Assembly: GCA_964368755.1 (NCBI GenBank)
Contig: CAYJCR010000004.1
Coordinates: 1,886 to 65,885, forward strand
From: an uncultured Lachnospiraceae bacterium
Lineage (GTDB): Bacteria; Bacillota; Clostridia; Christensenellales; UBA1242
Direction: 5' to 3'
DNA: 64,000 bases
The notes under the pieces are model-generated. The model searched no databases, had not been told where the DNA came from, and was given only the letters and a program-made list of their open reading frames with translations. A program made the position numbers and the translations under genes. How positions within the stretch are numbered: the first letter of the stretch is position 1; each line of letters opens with the position of its first letter. Below, piece by piece: positions 43,169-53,399 of this stretch.

Positions 43169-44183
43169 AAGATCATCATATAACTACAATTTACTTGAAG
43201 AGCTTATTGCCCAGACTCCACTTTTTCATCGTGATGAAGCTAGGCTCCTTGTATGTAACAAAGCAACAGGCGAGGTTGAGCATAAGCATTTTTTTGATAT
43301 TATCGATTATCTCAATGCGGGAGATGTGCTTGTTATCAATGATACGAAGGTTATACCTTGTAGGCTCATTGGACACAAAGAAGGCTCATTTGGTGCAGTC
43401 GAAGTGTTCTTGCTTAAGCGTATTGATCTATATACATGGGAGGCCCTTGTCAAGCCTGGCAAAAGACTCAAAGTAGGAGCAAAGATTATATTCGACCCAA
43501 GGTTGTCTTGTGAGGTAGTGGACAACACAGACTTTGGTGGAAGAATTGTTAAGTTCGCTTTTGACGGTGTATTTGAAGAAATATTGGACCAGTTGGGTCA
43601 GATGCCACTTCCACCTTATATCAAAGCTAAGCTTGAAGATAAGAATATGTACCAGACAGTTTATTGCAAGCATTTGGGTTCTAGTGCAGCTCCAACAGCT
43701 GGGCTACACTTTACAGATGAGTTGCTACGTAGAATAGAAGCCAAAGGTATCAAGATTGTAAGAGTATTGTTACATGTTGGACTTGGTACTTTTAGACCAG
43801 TCAAAGAAGACGATATCACTAAGCATCCTATGCATAGTGAGTATTATGAGGTATCTGAACAAGCAGCAGATACTATCAATGAAGCCAAAGCCTCTGGGCA
43901 CCGAGTGATAGCAGTTGGTACAACAAGTGTTAGGACGTTAGAAAGTGCAAATGATGGGACAAAAGTAGTAGCAAAGAAAGGCGATACAAACATATTTATT
44001 TATCCACCATATAAGATGAAAATTGTCGATGCTATTATTACCAACTTCCATTTGCCAGAGAGTACTCTTATAATGCTTGTGTCTGCTTACCTTGGATATG
44101 AGAACACAATGAATATGTATAAGCTTGCCGTAGAAGAGAAGTATCGATTCTTTTCTTTTGGCGATGCTTGTTATTTGTATTGA
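43155..44183 (+). CDS. queA: S-adenosylmethionine:tRNA ribosyltransferase-isomerase QueA
   Basis: [15 protein letters not shown]-terminus, [42 protein letters not shown]. Confidence 0.93.
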   Translation: MELTKRSSYNYNLLEELIAQTPLFHRDEARLLVCNKATGEVEHKHFFDIIDYLNAGDVLVINDTKVIPCRLIGHKEGSFGAVEVFLLKRIDLYTWEALVKPGKRLKVGAKIIFDPRLSCEVVDNTDFGGRIVKFAFDGVFEEILDQLGQMPLPPYIKAKLEDKNMYQTVYCKHLGSSAAPTAGLHFTDELLRRIEAKGIKIVRVLLHVGLGTFRPVKEDDITKHPMHSEYYEVSEQAADTINEAKASGHRVIAVGTTSVRTLESANDGTKVVAKKGDTNIFIYPPYKMKIVDAIITNFHLPESTLIMLVSAYLGYENTMNMYKLAVEEKYRFFSFGDACYLY

Positions 44184-44212
44184 TGCATAGTCTTAAGAAT
44201 TATATAATATAA

Positions 44213-45343
<1,131 letters not shown>

Positions 45344-45432
45344 AACATTTGCATAAAAATATTTTTTTGGGTAAAATCTTTTGCTATATCCAAAAAATAA
45401 TGTTATAGTGTGCATATTGAAGGAGATTTATT

Positions 45433-45960
45433 ATGAAAAAAGACCAATTAATAGCTGCATTTAACTTTGCTACATCTTGGCCATGGCTTCTACTTATAGT
45501 TGCACTTATCGCGTACATGGTTGTTATGATTGTTATGCGTAAGAAGTCAGATAATAAGGTAGTTGATTTGCAGAACTCACTTAAAGTTGGAGACAAAGTT
45601 GTTACTAGCTCCGGTATTTATGGTGAGATCATAAGTATGCAAGAGACCACTGTTGGTAAGATTGCTGTTATTAAGACTGGTGAGGGCAAGGATGCAAGTT
45701 TTATTACTGTCCATAGCTCTGTTATATATGGTATTGATGATAAGCAAGAAGTTGTTCTTGACAAAGATGGCAATCCTATTATGCCAGAAGTAGATAAGGT
45801 ATTGGAGCCTCAAGTGGATAAAGCTCAAGCAGATAAGCCAAAAGCTGATGAAATACTTGACCAGATCTACGAAGATGCAAAGAAAGAAGCTGCAGCTCCT
45901 GCTGAAAAAAAGAAGAGAACTACAACTCCAAAGAAGAAAACTACAACAAGCAATAAGTAA
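45433..45960 (+). CDS. yajC: Preprotein translocase subunit YajC with extended Lys/Thr-rich C-terminal tail
   Basis: Single TM helix plus LKVGDKVVTSSGIYGEIISMQE core (YajC signature). It then continues about 70 aa beyond usual YajC length, ending AAAPAEKKKRTTTPKKKTTTSNK. Confidence 0.8.
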   Translation: MKKDQLIAAFNFATSWPWLLLIVALIAYMVVMIVMRKKSDNKVVDLQNSLKVGDKVVTSSGIYGEIISMQETTVGKIAVIKTGEGKDASFITVHSSVIYGIDDKQEVVLDKDGNPIMPEVDKVLEPQVDKAQADKPKADEILDQIYEDAKKEAAAPAEKKKRTTTPKKKTTTSNK

Positions 45961-45982
45961 CTTATTTTATTATTGATTTTTG

Positions 45983-46013
45983 TCTTGCAACAACTGTTGC
46001 AAGATTTTTTTTT
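45983..46013 (+). terminator. Intrinsic terminator after yajC
   Basis: Stem TCTTGCAAC / GTTGCAAGA, loop AACT, T9. Confidence 0.8.
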
Positions 46014-46093
46014 GCCGAAAAATGTTATTAATGATACCTAATTCATATTTGAGAAGTTTGATGCATATTGTTCTATAAAGGAAGGGGAAAAGT

Positions 46094-46483
46094 ATGGATA
46101 CAACTATTTCAACAAAACCAAAATCGGCTATACTATATATCATCAAGGGAGCAATAATTTCGCTTATATTCTCGATAATACTTGTGCTAGGATTTGCAGT
46201 AGTATTGAGGTTTGTTGATATGTCCGATAGTATCATCAAGATTATCAATCAAGTTATCAAAGCGTTGAGTATATTCTTAGGCTGTTTGTTAGGCCTCAAA
46301 AAAAGCAAAGAACATGGATTATATAAGGGTATAGTTCTTGGCTTGATATATACTGTAGTTGCTTTCTTAATGTTCTCATTGCTTGATGGTTCTTTTGCAT
46401 TCAGCGGGAGTGTTATGATAGACTTGTGTTATGGAGGAATAGTCGGAGGATTGTGTGGAATTATCAATTCTTCAATTAGGTAA
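46094..46483 (+). CDS. Small 4-TM membrane protein, TIGR04086/YrzE-like
   Basis: 129 aa. The FLGCLLGLKKSKEHGLYKGIVLGLIY pattern fits the GG..aGkk..kGw..G consensus I recall for this family. Confidence 0.5.
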   Translation: MDTTISTKPKSAILYIIKGAIISLIFSIILVLGFAVVLRFVDMSDSIIKIINQVIKALSIFLGCLLGLKKSKEHGLYKGIVLGLIYTVVAFLMFSLLDGSFAFSGSVMIDLCYGGIVGGLCGIINSSIR

Positions 46484-46501
46484 AAATATTTAGATTTTTG
46501 G

Positions 46502-46524
46502 ACTAGCTTTGCTAGTTTTTTTTA
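46502..46524 (+). terminator. Intrinsic terminator
   Basis: Stem ACTAGC / GCTAGT, loop TTT, T8. Confidence 0.6.
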
Positions 46525-46604
46525 TTGCAAAATTGGCTTATTCCGATTAAAAACTTTTATATTGGAGAGTATATTATTATTTTTTGTAAGTTAGAAAAAA
46601 GTAA

Positions 46605-46633
46605 TTGACTATTTTATATTATTAATATATAAT
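46605..46633 (+). promoter_or_regulatory. Consensus-like sigma-A promoter of secDF
   Basis: TTGACT (46605-46610), 17 nt spacer, TATAAT (46628-46633). Confidence 0.65.
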
Positions 46634-46718
46634 CAAACAATGTAATGAAATATTGTCGGCTTGTTCCAATTTTTTTGGGAATATGTCGCTTATAGTACAG
46701 GTTTTAAGGAGTGATTTA

Positions 46719-48026
46719 ATGAGCAAACGTAGGTCAAGGATAAGATTCACATTCTTAGGGATAATTGCTGTTATTGGTATCCTACTTACTTGTTTTAGTT
46801 TCCGCATACCTTTCACTACCACAACATTCAAGGGTTTTGCCAATGCAATATCTCTTGGACTTGATATCAAGGGTGGTGTTGTTGCTGTATACGAAGCAAG
46901 TGTTGAACCAGAGTATTCAGATGAATTATCTACAAGAGTAGAAGCTACAATCACAAGACTTGAGCAGTTCCTTACAGATAAAGGTTATACTGAAGCAACT
47001 GTATCTAAGCAAGGTGATAACAAGATAAGAATAGAGGTTCCAGATATTGATGATCCACAAGAAGTATTCGATATCATCGGCGAGCCAGCATCTTTAACAA
47101 TTCAGAGAGATAGTACACTTGAGGCTGACAAAGTAACAGGTGATGATGTAAGAGAAGCTTATGCTTATCAACAGAAAGATGAGACAAGTGGTGAGTATGT
47201 ATGGGGTGTTATTGTTAAATTCAATAATGCTGGAGCATCAAAGTTCGCGACACTTACTAGTGAAGCTGCAAGTGACAGCTCTGATAAGAGCGTAGATATT
47301 TATATTGGTGGAGAGTTATATTCTTCTCCTACTTGTGAAGAATCTATTACTGGTGGAGTAACATTCATTAGTGGTACTATGGATTCTCAAGAAGATGCAG
47401 AAGAGTATGCAATGAAGATACTTAGTGGTACTTTCTCTACCAAATTGACTGTTGTATCTAACTCTGTAGTTAGTGCTACATTGGGCAAGAACGCATTGTT
47501 CTATGGACTTATTGCTGGAGCAATAGGACTATTGTTTATATTTGTATTTATGATCGCTGTCTATGGTGTTATGGGAGTCCTAGCTGACTTTGCACTTGTA
47601 TTCTATTTGATTATATATGCATTCATATTACAGGCTGTACCTCTTGTACAGTTGACATTGCCAGGTATTGCAGGTATTATCCTAAGCTTAGGTATGGCTG
47701 TCGATGCCAATGTCATTATATTCGAGAGAATCAAAGAAGAGTATAGAGCAGGCAAGAAGATACCTGCAAGTATCAATGCAGGATTTAAGAACGCATTGTC
47801 ATCAATACTCGACAGTAACATTACAACTATCATTGCATCTGTTGTATTGTATTTGCTTGGAACAAGCACTATCAAAGGTTTTGCAATTACATTATTCTTT
47901 GGTATTGTGATATCGATGTTTACTTCACTTGTTGTTACAAGAGGATTAATCAAATCATATCTTCCACTTAATAGTACCAATCCTAAGCCTTATCGTTTGA
48001 GAAGAGAGGTGAAGAAGAATGGTTAA
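46719..48026 (+). CDS. secD: Protein translocase subunit SecD
   Basis: Start moved to ATG 46719 (MSKRRSRIRFTFLGIIAV; RBS AAGGAG). LGLDIKGGV motif, periplasmic domain, and a C-terminal 5-TM bundle with GMAVDANVIIFERIKEE. Confidence 0.92.
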   Translation: MSKRRSRIRFTFLGIIAVIGILLTCFSFRIPFTTTTFKGFANAISLGLDIKGGVVAVYEASVEPEYSDELSTRVEATITRLEQFLTDKGYTEATVSKQGDNKIRIEVPDIDDPQEVFDIIGEPASLTIQRDSTLEADKVTGDDVREAYAYQQKDETSGEYVWGVIVKFNNAGASKFATLTSEAASDSSDKSVDIYIGGELYSSPTCEESITGGVTFISGTMDSQEDAEEYAMKILSGTFSTKLTVVSNSVVSATLGKNALFYGLIAGAIGLLFIFVFMIAVYGVMGVLADFALVFYLIIYAFILQAVPLVQLTLPGIAGIILSLGMAVDANVIIFERIKEEYRAGKKIPASINAGFKNALSSILDSNITTIIASVVLYLLGTSTIKGFAITLFFGIVISMFTSLVVTRGLIKSYLPLNSTNPKPYRLRREVKKNG

Positions 48027-49116
48027 GAAGATGAAAAATAATAAGAACAAACCATCATTTAATGAGAAGATAACTAACAGTAAGTTTGATTTTGTTAAGA
48101 ATCTAAAATGGTTCTTTGCAGCATCATGTGCTTTGATTGTTGCTGGTATATTTGTAATAATATTTGCTGGATTCAATCTTGGAATAGACTTCACTGGTGG
48201 TACAGTATTACAGATAGAACTTGGCGATACTATATCAACAACAGAGGGATATAATAATTCATTAAATACAATTAAGAATATCTTGTCAGATAATAAGTTG
48301 AAGCTTTCTACTTCACAGAAAGGTGGAGAGGCAGAGTCTCAATATATATCTATCAAGTATCAGGATATCAAAGGTCATAGCGAAGAAGAAATGGGCGAGG
48401 TTACACTTGCTGTTAGACAAGCTATCAATGAAGCCTTTGATGTAGAGAACTTCGTAGAAGTTGGTGATGACTTCGATATCACGGAAGGTACAGAACGTAT
48501 TAGTGCTACGGCAAGAAATGAGTTATTGTTCAATGCTTTGGTTGCAATTATTGTATCAATGACTTTGATACTTGTGTATATCGCATTTAGATTTGAGCCA
48601 CTTAGTGGTATCGCATCAATTCTTGGATTGTTACATGACGTCCTTATCACCCTTGCACTTGTTGCAATATTCAGAATACAGATCAATACTGCATTCGTAG
48701 CGGCTATTATTACCGTTATTGGATATTCGATTAACAATACTATAGTTGTATTTGACAGATTGAGAGAGAACTCGAAGAAGCCATCTTTGACTGATAAGAC
48801 AAACAAAGAACTTGTTAATATTTCACTCAAACAGACTTTGGTCCGTTCGATAAATACAGCAGTGACAACATTGTTTGCAATAGTTGCTTTGTGTGTGCTT
48901 GGTGTTCCTTCTATTAGAGAGTTCGTTATAGCAATAATCTTTGGTCTTGTTGCAGGAACTTATTCTTCATTGTTCCTTGTTGGACCTTTCTGGGCTATTG
49001 TTAACAAACAGAGGAAGCTTACTAAGCCTAAGACACAATCAACCAATATTGAGGAAGATCAAACTGAGAACTTAGTTGATAGCAATGCACCGATTGTCGA
49101 GATTGAAGATAAATAG
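48019..49116 (+). CDS. secF: Protein translocase subunit SecF
   Basis: GIDFTGGTVLQI motif and 6 TM segments with GYSINNTIVVFDRLREN. 8-nt overlap with secD. Confidence 0.92.
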   Translation: MVKKMKNNKNKPSFNEKITNSKFDFVKNLKWFFAASCALIVAGIFVIIFAGFNLGIDFTGGTVLQIELGDTISTTEGYNNSLNTIKNILSDNKLKLSTSQKGGEAESQYISIKYQDIKGHSEEEMGEVTLAVRQAINEAFDVENFVEVGDDFDITEGTERISATARNELLFNALVAIIVSMTLILVYIAFRFEPLSGIASILGLLHDVLITLALVAIFRIQINTAFVAAIITVIGYSINNTIVVFDRLRENSKKPSLTDKTNKELVNISLKQTLVRSINTAVTTLFAIVALCVLGVPSIREFVIAIIFGLVAGTYSSLFLVGPFWAIVNKQRKLTKPKTQSTNIEEDQTENLVDSNAPIVEIEDK

Positions 49117-49122
49117 TAGATG

Positions 49123-49156
49123 AGTCTTCCAGAATAATTTGGAAGACTTGTTTTTT
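49123..49156 (+). terminator. Intrinsic terminator after secF
   Basis: Stem AGTCTTCCA / TGGAAGACT, 8-nt loop, then TGTTTTTT. Confidence 0.75.
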
Positions 49157-49169
49157 ATAAAAGGACATT

Positions 49170-51542
49170 ATGTATAATAAAGAAAAAGTAGAGTATTATG
49201 CCCACAAATATAATCTGAGCCCAATAGTTATTGAGTTGATTTTTGCACGTGGCATTGACGAGAATGACATTGACAAATACCTTAGTCCATCACTTGCTAA
49301 CTTACATGACCCATATCTTCTCAATGATATGAAAGAGTTTGTTAGCCGTGTTGAGAAGGCTATTGCGTCTAAAGAAAAAGTTCTAATCTTCGGAGATTAT
49401 GATGTTGACGGAGTCAGCGCAAGCGCTATACTTATCAAATATTTTTCGAGCAGGAACTTCTATGTTGATTATTATTTGCCTAATAGATATATAGACGGAT
49501 ACGGACTCACAAACGAAGTCATTGATAAGATTAAGTTACAATACAACCCATCACTTATTATAACCGTTGACTGTGGCATATCTTGTCATGAAGAAGTTGA
49601 GTATGCAAAGAAAGTTGGCATAGAGATAATCATAAGTGATCACCACGATATACCAGAGATAGTTCCAAAGACTTTGGTTATTAACCCAAAACTTCCTAAT
49701 CAGAAATATCCTTTTAGTCAATTGTGTGGCACGGGAGTTGCTTTTAAGATTGTACAAGCGCTTGGTGGGCTCGATGAAGCGAAGAAGTTCCTTGGCATAT
49801 GCGCAATAGCAACAATAGCCGATATTGTTCCACTTATTGATGAGAATAGAATAATTGTTAGTTGTGGACTTAGAGTCTTGGATAGAACTCTTCCAACTGG
49901 CATCAAGGCCCTTATGCGAGAGAACAAACTTGCGTTAGAACAAGTAACAGCAAGCGATATCGCATACAAACTATCTCCTAAGATAAATGCCGCAGGAAGG
50001 ATGGGAGATGCTTCTGTTGCGCTTAAGTTGTATCTAGAAGAGAATAAGCAGATCATTGCAGATACTATCCAGAATCTCAATGATATGAATATTGCAAGAC
50101 AAGCTTTGTGCAATAAGATTTATGATGAAGCCAAAGATCGTTTGTCAAAAATTAACATATCCAATTACTTTTCTTTAGTTCTTTCATCCAAAGATTGGGA
50201 TGCCGGTGTATTAGGTATAGTTGCTGCAAAAATTGCAGGCGAGTTCAATCGTCCAACTGTGCTATTCTCTCAGGTAGGAGATGAACTCAAAGGTTCTGCT
50301 AGGAGTGTCAATGATATCAATATATTCGACACAATTACTAGTATCAAAGAAGTAGTTGAAGCATTTGGTGGGCATAAGATGGCAGCTGGGCTTACTATTA
50401 AGGCAAAGAATTACAAGAACTTTATTAACAGCCTCAATGCGGCTCTCAAAGCCAAATATACTATGTTTGACCTCGTTCCAAGAGATGACTACGATTATGA
50501 GATCAACCCTGATCAAATAACCAACAAACTTGTCAATGATCTTAATCTACTCGAGCCATATGGTGTTGGTAACGAGAAGCCAACTTTTGCTATATCTACA
50601 AACAAGGTATACGCAGCATCAATGAATAACTATATCAATCACCTTAATATTACTGCCGATAACTTCAATATTGTAGCATTCAATAGTTTCAAATACCTTC
50701 ATATGCTCAAGAATACTGAATCTCAGCAGATACTATTTGAATTGCAGAAGAACGAATACAAAGGTAAGTCTTATACCAAGGGCATAGCCAAGAAGATAAA
50801 AACAGGTATTATTATCAAACCAAAAGAGGACTTGCTGTATGGTCAGTACTTGAAACAATTGTCATATACCAATGCCGATTGTTTGATCAAAGAGTATGCT
50901 GCAAATGAACTTGACAAACTAGTTGACACAGCTATACAGATGCCTTTTGGCAATTTGTTCATTGCCAATAATTATCAGACATATATGGACTTTGTCAAAC
51001 GTGCAAATACGAAGAATCTCAAGCTTGTTAATGATTTGTTATTTGTATCTCAGAACAATGGACTCAATACTATTTTGCTTGGCCCAATCGGGAACAAAGA
51101 CTTTAGTTCTTTTAACAAAATTGTATTCCTTGATGCAATATTGGACAAGAGTTATCTTGGTAGGATATCTAAGGATACAAAAGCAAAGATTTTTATTCCA
51201 AAGGATAAGAAGTTTCCACGAGAGTTATTCGATAATCTTGTTGATGATAGGCAAGTGTTCGGAGAATATTTTAAGGGATTTAGTACTCTTGCTAGCAAGC
51301 GATTGTCATACCTTGATGAGTTCGATATATATAAGCAATACAAGATACATTTCCCAGACAAAAAAGTCAATTACAAGCAGTTTGTATATTGTCTATATAC
51401 ATTTATCGAGCTTGGAATATTTGATCTTATTGAGGATAATGATTACCTTATTATCAAAGAAAACGAGAAGGTTTTTGCACCACTTAACAATTCTACATTC
51501 TACAATAGAGTGAGCTTTTTGCTCAAAGCTGCAGGAAAATGA
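49170..51542 (+). CDS. recJ: Single-stranded-DNA-specific exonuclease RecJ (long form)
   Basis: DHH motifs GDYDVDGVSA, TVDCG, ISDHHD; DHHA1 GGHKMAAG. Extended C-terminal region (790 aa). Confidence 0.92.
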   Translation: MYNKEKVEYYAHKYNLSPIVIELIFARGIDENDIDKYLSPSLANLHDPYLLNDMKEFVSRVEKAIASKEKVLIFGDYDVDGVSASAILIKYFSSRNFYVDYYLPNRYIDGYGLTNEVIDKIKLQYNPSLIITVDCGISCHEEVEYAKKVGIEIIISDHHDIPEIVPKTLVINPKLPNQKYPFSQLCGTGVAFKIVQALGGLDEAKKFLGICAIATIADIVPLIDENRIIVSCGLRVLDRTLPTGIKALMRENKLALEQVTASDIAYKLSPKINAAGRMGDASVALKLYLEENKQIIADTIQNLNDMNIARQALCNKIYDEAKDRLSKINISNYFSLVLSSKDWDAGVLGIVAAKIAGEFNRPTVLFSQVGDELKGSARSVNDINIFDTITSIKEVVEAFGGHKMAAGLTIKAKNYKNFINSLNAALKAKYTMFDLVPRDDYDYEINPDQITNKLVNDLNLLEPYGVGNEKPTFAISTNKVYAASMNNYINHLNITADNFNIVAFNSFKYLHMLKNTESQQILFELQKNEYKGKSYTKGIAKKIKTGIIIKPKEDLLYGQYLKQLSYTNADCLIKEYAANELDKLVDTAIQMPFGNLFIANNYQTYMDFVKRANTKNLKLVNDLLFVSQNNGLNTILLGPIGNKDFSSFNKIVFLDAILDKSYLGRISKDTKAKIFIPKDKKFPRELFDNLVDDRQVFGEYFKGFSTLASKRLSYLDEFDIYKQYKIHFPDKKVNYKQFVYCLYTFIELGIFDLIEDNDYLIIKENEKVFAPLNNSTFYNRVSFLLKAAGK

Positions 51543-52903
51543 TGAAGACAAATCTAGAAAGTTATGAAAGTGATTTTAACGAAATAGTTGTATTGTTTGA
51601 TAACACCAAACAATTGCCAATAGTCGCTAACTTTGAAGACAAGGCTGGCGAGCTTTGTTGTGCGATTGATATTTTGGACAAACATTATGATATTGTCAAA
51701 AAGAACTTGACTAATCTGCCTCAAGAGAAGTTTATCAAACGTTTTGCAAAAATCAGTTTGTATCAAGCATTGTCTGATTATTACAACAAATCTATGCCTT
51801 GGGGTGCTTTGACAGGAGTACATCCATCGGCTATCGCTCATGAGTATTACAATCGCAATAATAATTATAATACGACTAGGAGAGAGTTGATAAGAGATTT
51901 TTTACTCTCAGAAGCTAAGGCTGACCTTGTTATTGATATAATAAAGAATCAAAGGTGTATCATTAACAACCCAAAGGATATAGATATATATGTACATATA
52001 CCTTTCTGCAATGGAAGATGCACATATTGCACCTTCTTCAGCAATGACATCAACAAATGTAGTTCTTCAGTAGATGCGTATATAGAGGCATTGATTGTAG
52101 AGTTAGAAGCTGTCAAGGAGATGGTAGCAAGTAAGTTCTATGTTGTCAGGAGTATCTATATAGGTGGAGGGACGCCTACTGCTTTAACTGCTCAACAACT
52201 ACGCAAGATACTTGCTTGTCTCAAATATCATACAACTGAGTTCACAGTAGAATGTGGTAGAGCAGATAGTATTACGGAGGAAAAACTCCAAGTCCTCAAA
52301 GATGCAGGAGTGACCAGAATATCTATCAATCCACAGACTTTTTGTGACAAAACACTCAAATTGATAGGAAGAAGACATACAGTAAGTCAAGTCATAGAGG
52401 CATACAAACTAGCACTCAAATACAACTTTGATATCAATATGGATTTGATTGCTGGGTTGCCAAATGAAACTATGCGTAATTTCAAAAAATCTATTGATAT
52501 GGCTGTTGAGTTCGCTCCGGCTAACATTACAGTACATACTTTATCTCTCAAACGTGGCAACCTGATAGATGAGACTACTATTCAAGTAGATGAAGTTGGC
52601 AAAATGGTTGACTATGCAAGTACGACACTTAGGGCTAATGACTATCAACCATACTACTTGTATAGGCAAAAAAGAATAAGTGGTGGACACGAAAATGTTG
52701 GGTATTGTAAGTCAGGTAAGGCATGTATTTATAATATAGACAGCATTGAAGAATCATCATCAATTATCGCTGTTGGCAGTGGTGCAATATCCAAAAAAGT
52801 TGGGGCAAATGGCAATATAGTTAGACAATCCAACTCAAAGGATCTATTAGATTACATATATAGAGTAAGTGAGTATATTGCTAAGAAAACAGAAATATTC
52901 TAA
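51539..52903 (+). CDS. HemZ-like oxygen-independent coproporphyrinogen-III-oxidase-family radical SAM protein
   Basis: Radical-SAM cluster HIPFCNGRCTYCTF lies about 155 aa from the N-terminus (the HemZ-type N-terminal extension), followed by IYIGGGTPT. ATGA overlap with recJ. Confidence 0.75.
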   Translation: MMKTNLESYESDFNEIVVLFDNTKQLPIVANFEDKAGELCCAIDILDKHYDIVKKNLTNLPQEKFIKRFAKISLYQALSDYYNKSMPWGALTGVHPSAIAHEYYNRNNNYNTTRRELIRDFLLSEAKADLVIDIIKNQRCIINNPKDIDIYVHIPFCNGRCTYCTFFSNDINKCSSSVDAYIEALIVELEAVKEMVASKFYVVRSIYIGGGTPTALTAQQLRKILACLKYHTTEFTVECGRADSITEEKLQVLKDAGVTRISINPQTFCDKTLKLIGRRHTVSQVIEAYKLALKYNFDINMDLIAGLPNETMRNFKKSIDMAVEFAPANITVHTLSLKRGNLIDETTIQVDEVGKMVDYASTTLRANDYQPYYLYRQKRISGGHENVGYCKSGKACIYNIDSIEESSSIIAVGSGAISKKVGANGNIVRQSNSKDLLDYIYRVSEYIAKKTEIF

Positions 52904-52929
52904 TATATATATTACTTTAACAAAAACAC

Positions 52930-52958
52930 TTTACAAATGAAGAATTGTGTGTTACAAT
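52930..52958 (+). promoter_or_regulatory. Sigma-A promoter of rpsO
   Basis: TTTACA (52930-52935), 17 nt spacer, TACAAT (52953-52958) preceded by TGt. Confidence 0.6.
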
Positions 52959-53043
52959 GCAACACGTACCTAGGACAAGGTTTTTCCGATTTAACTCCAC
53001 GATTTGCTTTGTTCTTGGCGAATAATAATAAAGGAGAATAACT

Positions 53044-53304
53044 ATGAATAAGGATAAGAAGAAAGAGATTATCACAAGCTTTGCTACCAAAGAAGGCGAC
53101 ACTGGTTCAACAGAAGTCCAAGTAGCATTACTTACTGAGAGAATCAATCACTTAACTGAGCATCTTAAGGTCAATCAGAATGACAAGCACTCAAGAAGAG
53201 GTTTGCTTCAAATGGTTGGTACAAGAAAAGGTTTGCTCAAATACCTTGAGAGCAAGGATATCGAAAGATACCGTGAGCTTAAGAAAAAATTAAACATCAG
53301 ATAA
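53044..53304 (+). CDS. rpsO: 30S ribosomal protein S15
   Basis: 86 aa with [38 protein letters not shown], a canonical S15. Confidence 0.95.
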   Translation: MNKDKKKEIITSFATKEGDTGSTEVQVALLTERINHLTEHLKVNQNDKHSRRGLLQMVGTRKGLLKYLESKDIERYRELKKKLNIR

Positions 53305-53399
53305 TTTAATAGCGGGGGAAATTGTTAGGATTTTTCTCGCTATTTCATTTATAGGGACGAATTATATATCCCTAGTACAAATTAACAAGGAGAAAATAA

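Noticed and set aside
50923-51513. 196-aa + strand ORF inside recJ
   Set aside because: It is an out-of-frame overlap with the well-supported RecJ C-terminal region and has no RBS.
53311-53375. Two hairpins between rpsO and pnp as a terminator
   Set aside because: The stems exist (ATAGCGGG/CTCGCTAT and TAGGGA/TCCCTA) but neither is followed by a T-run. They more likely form an RNase III/PNPase autoregulatory processing structure, which I cannot verify from sequence alone.
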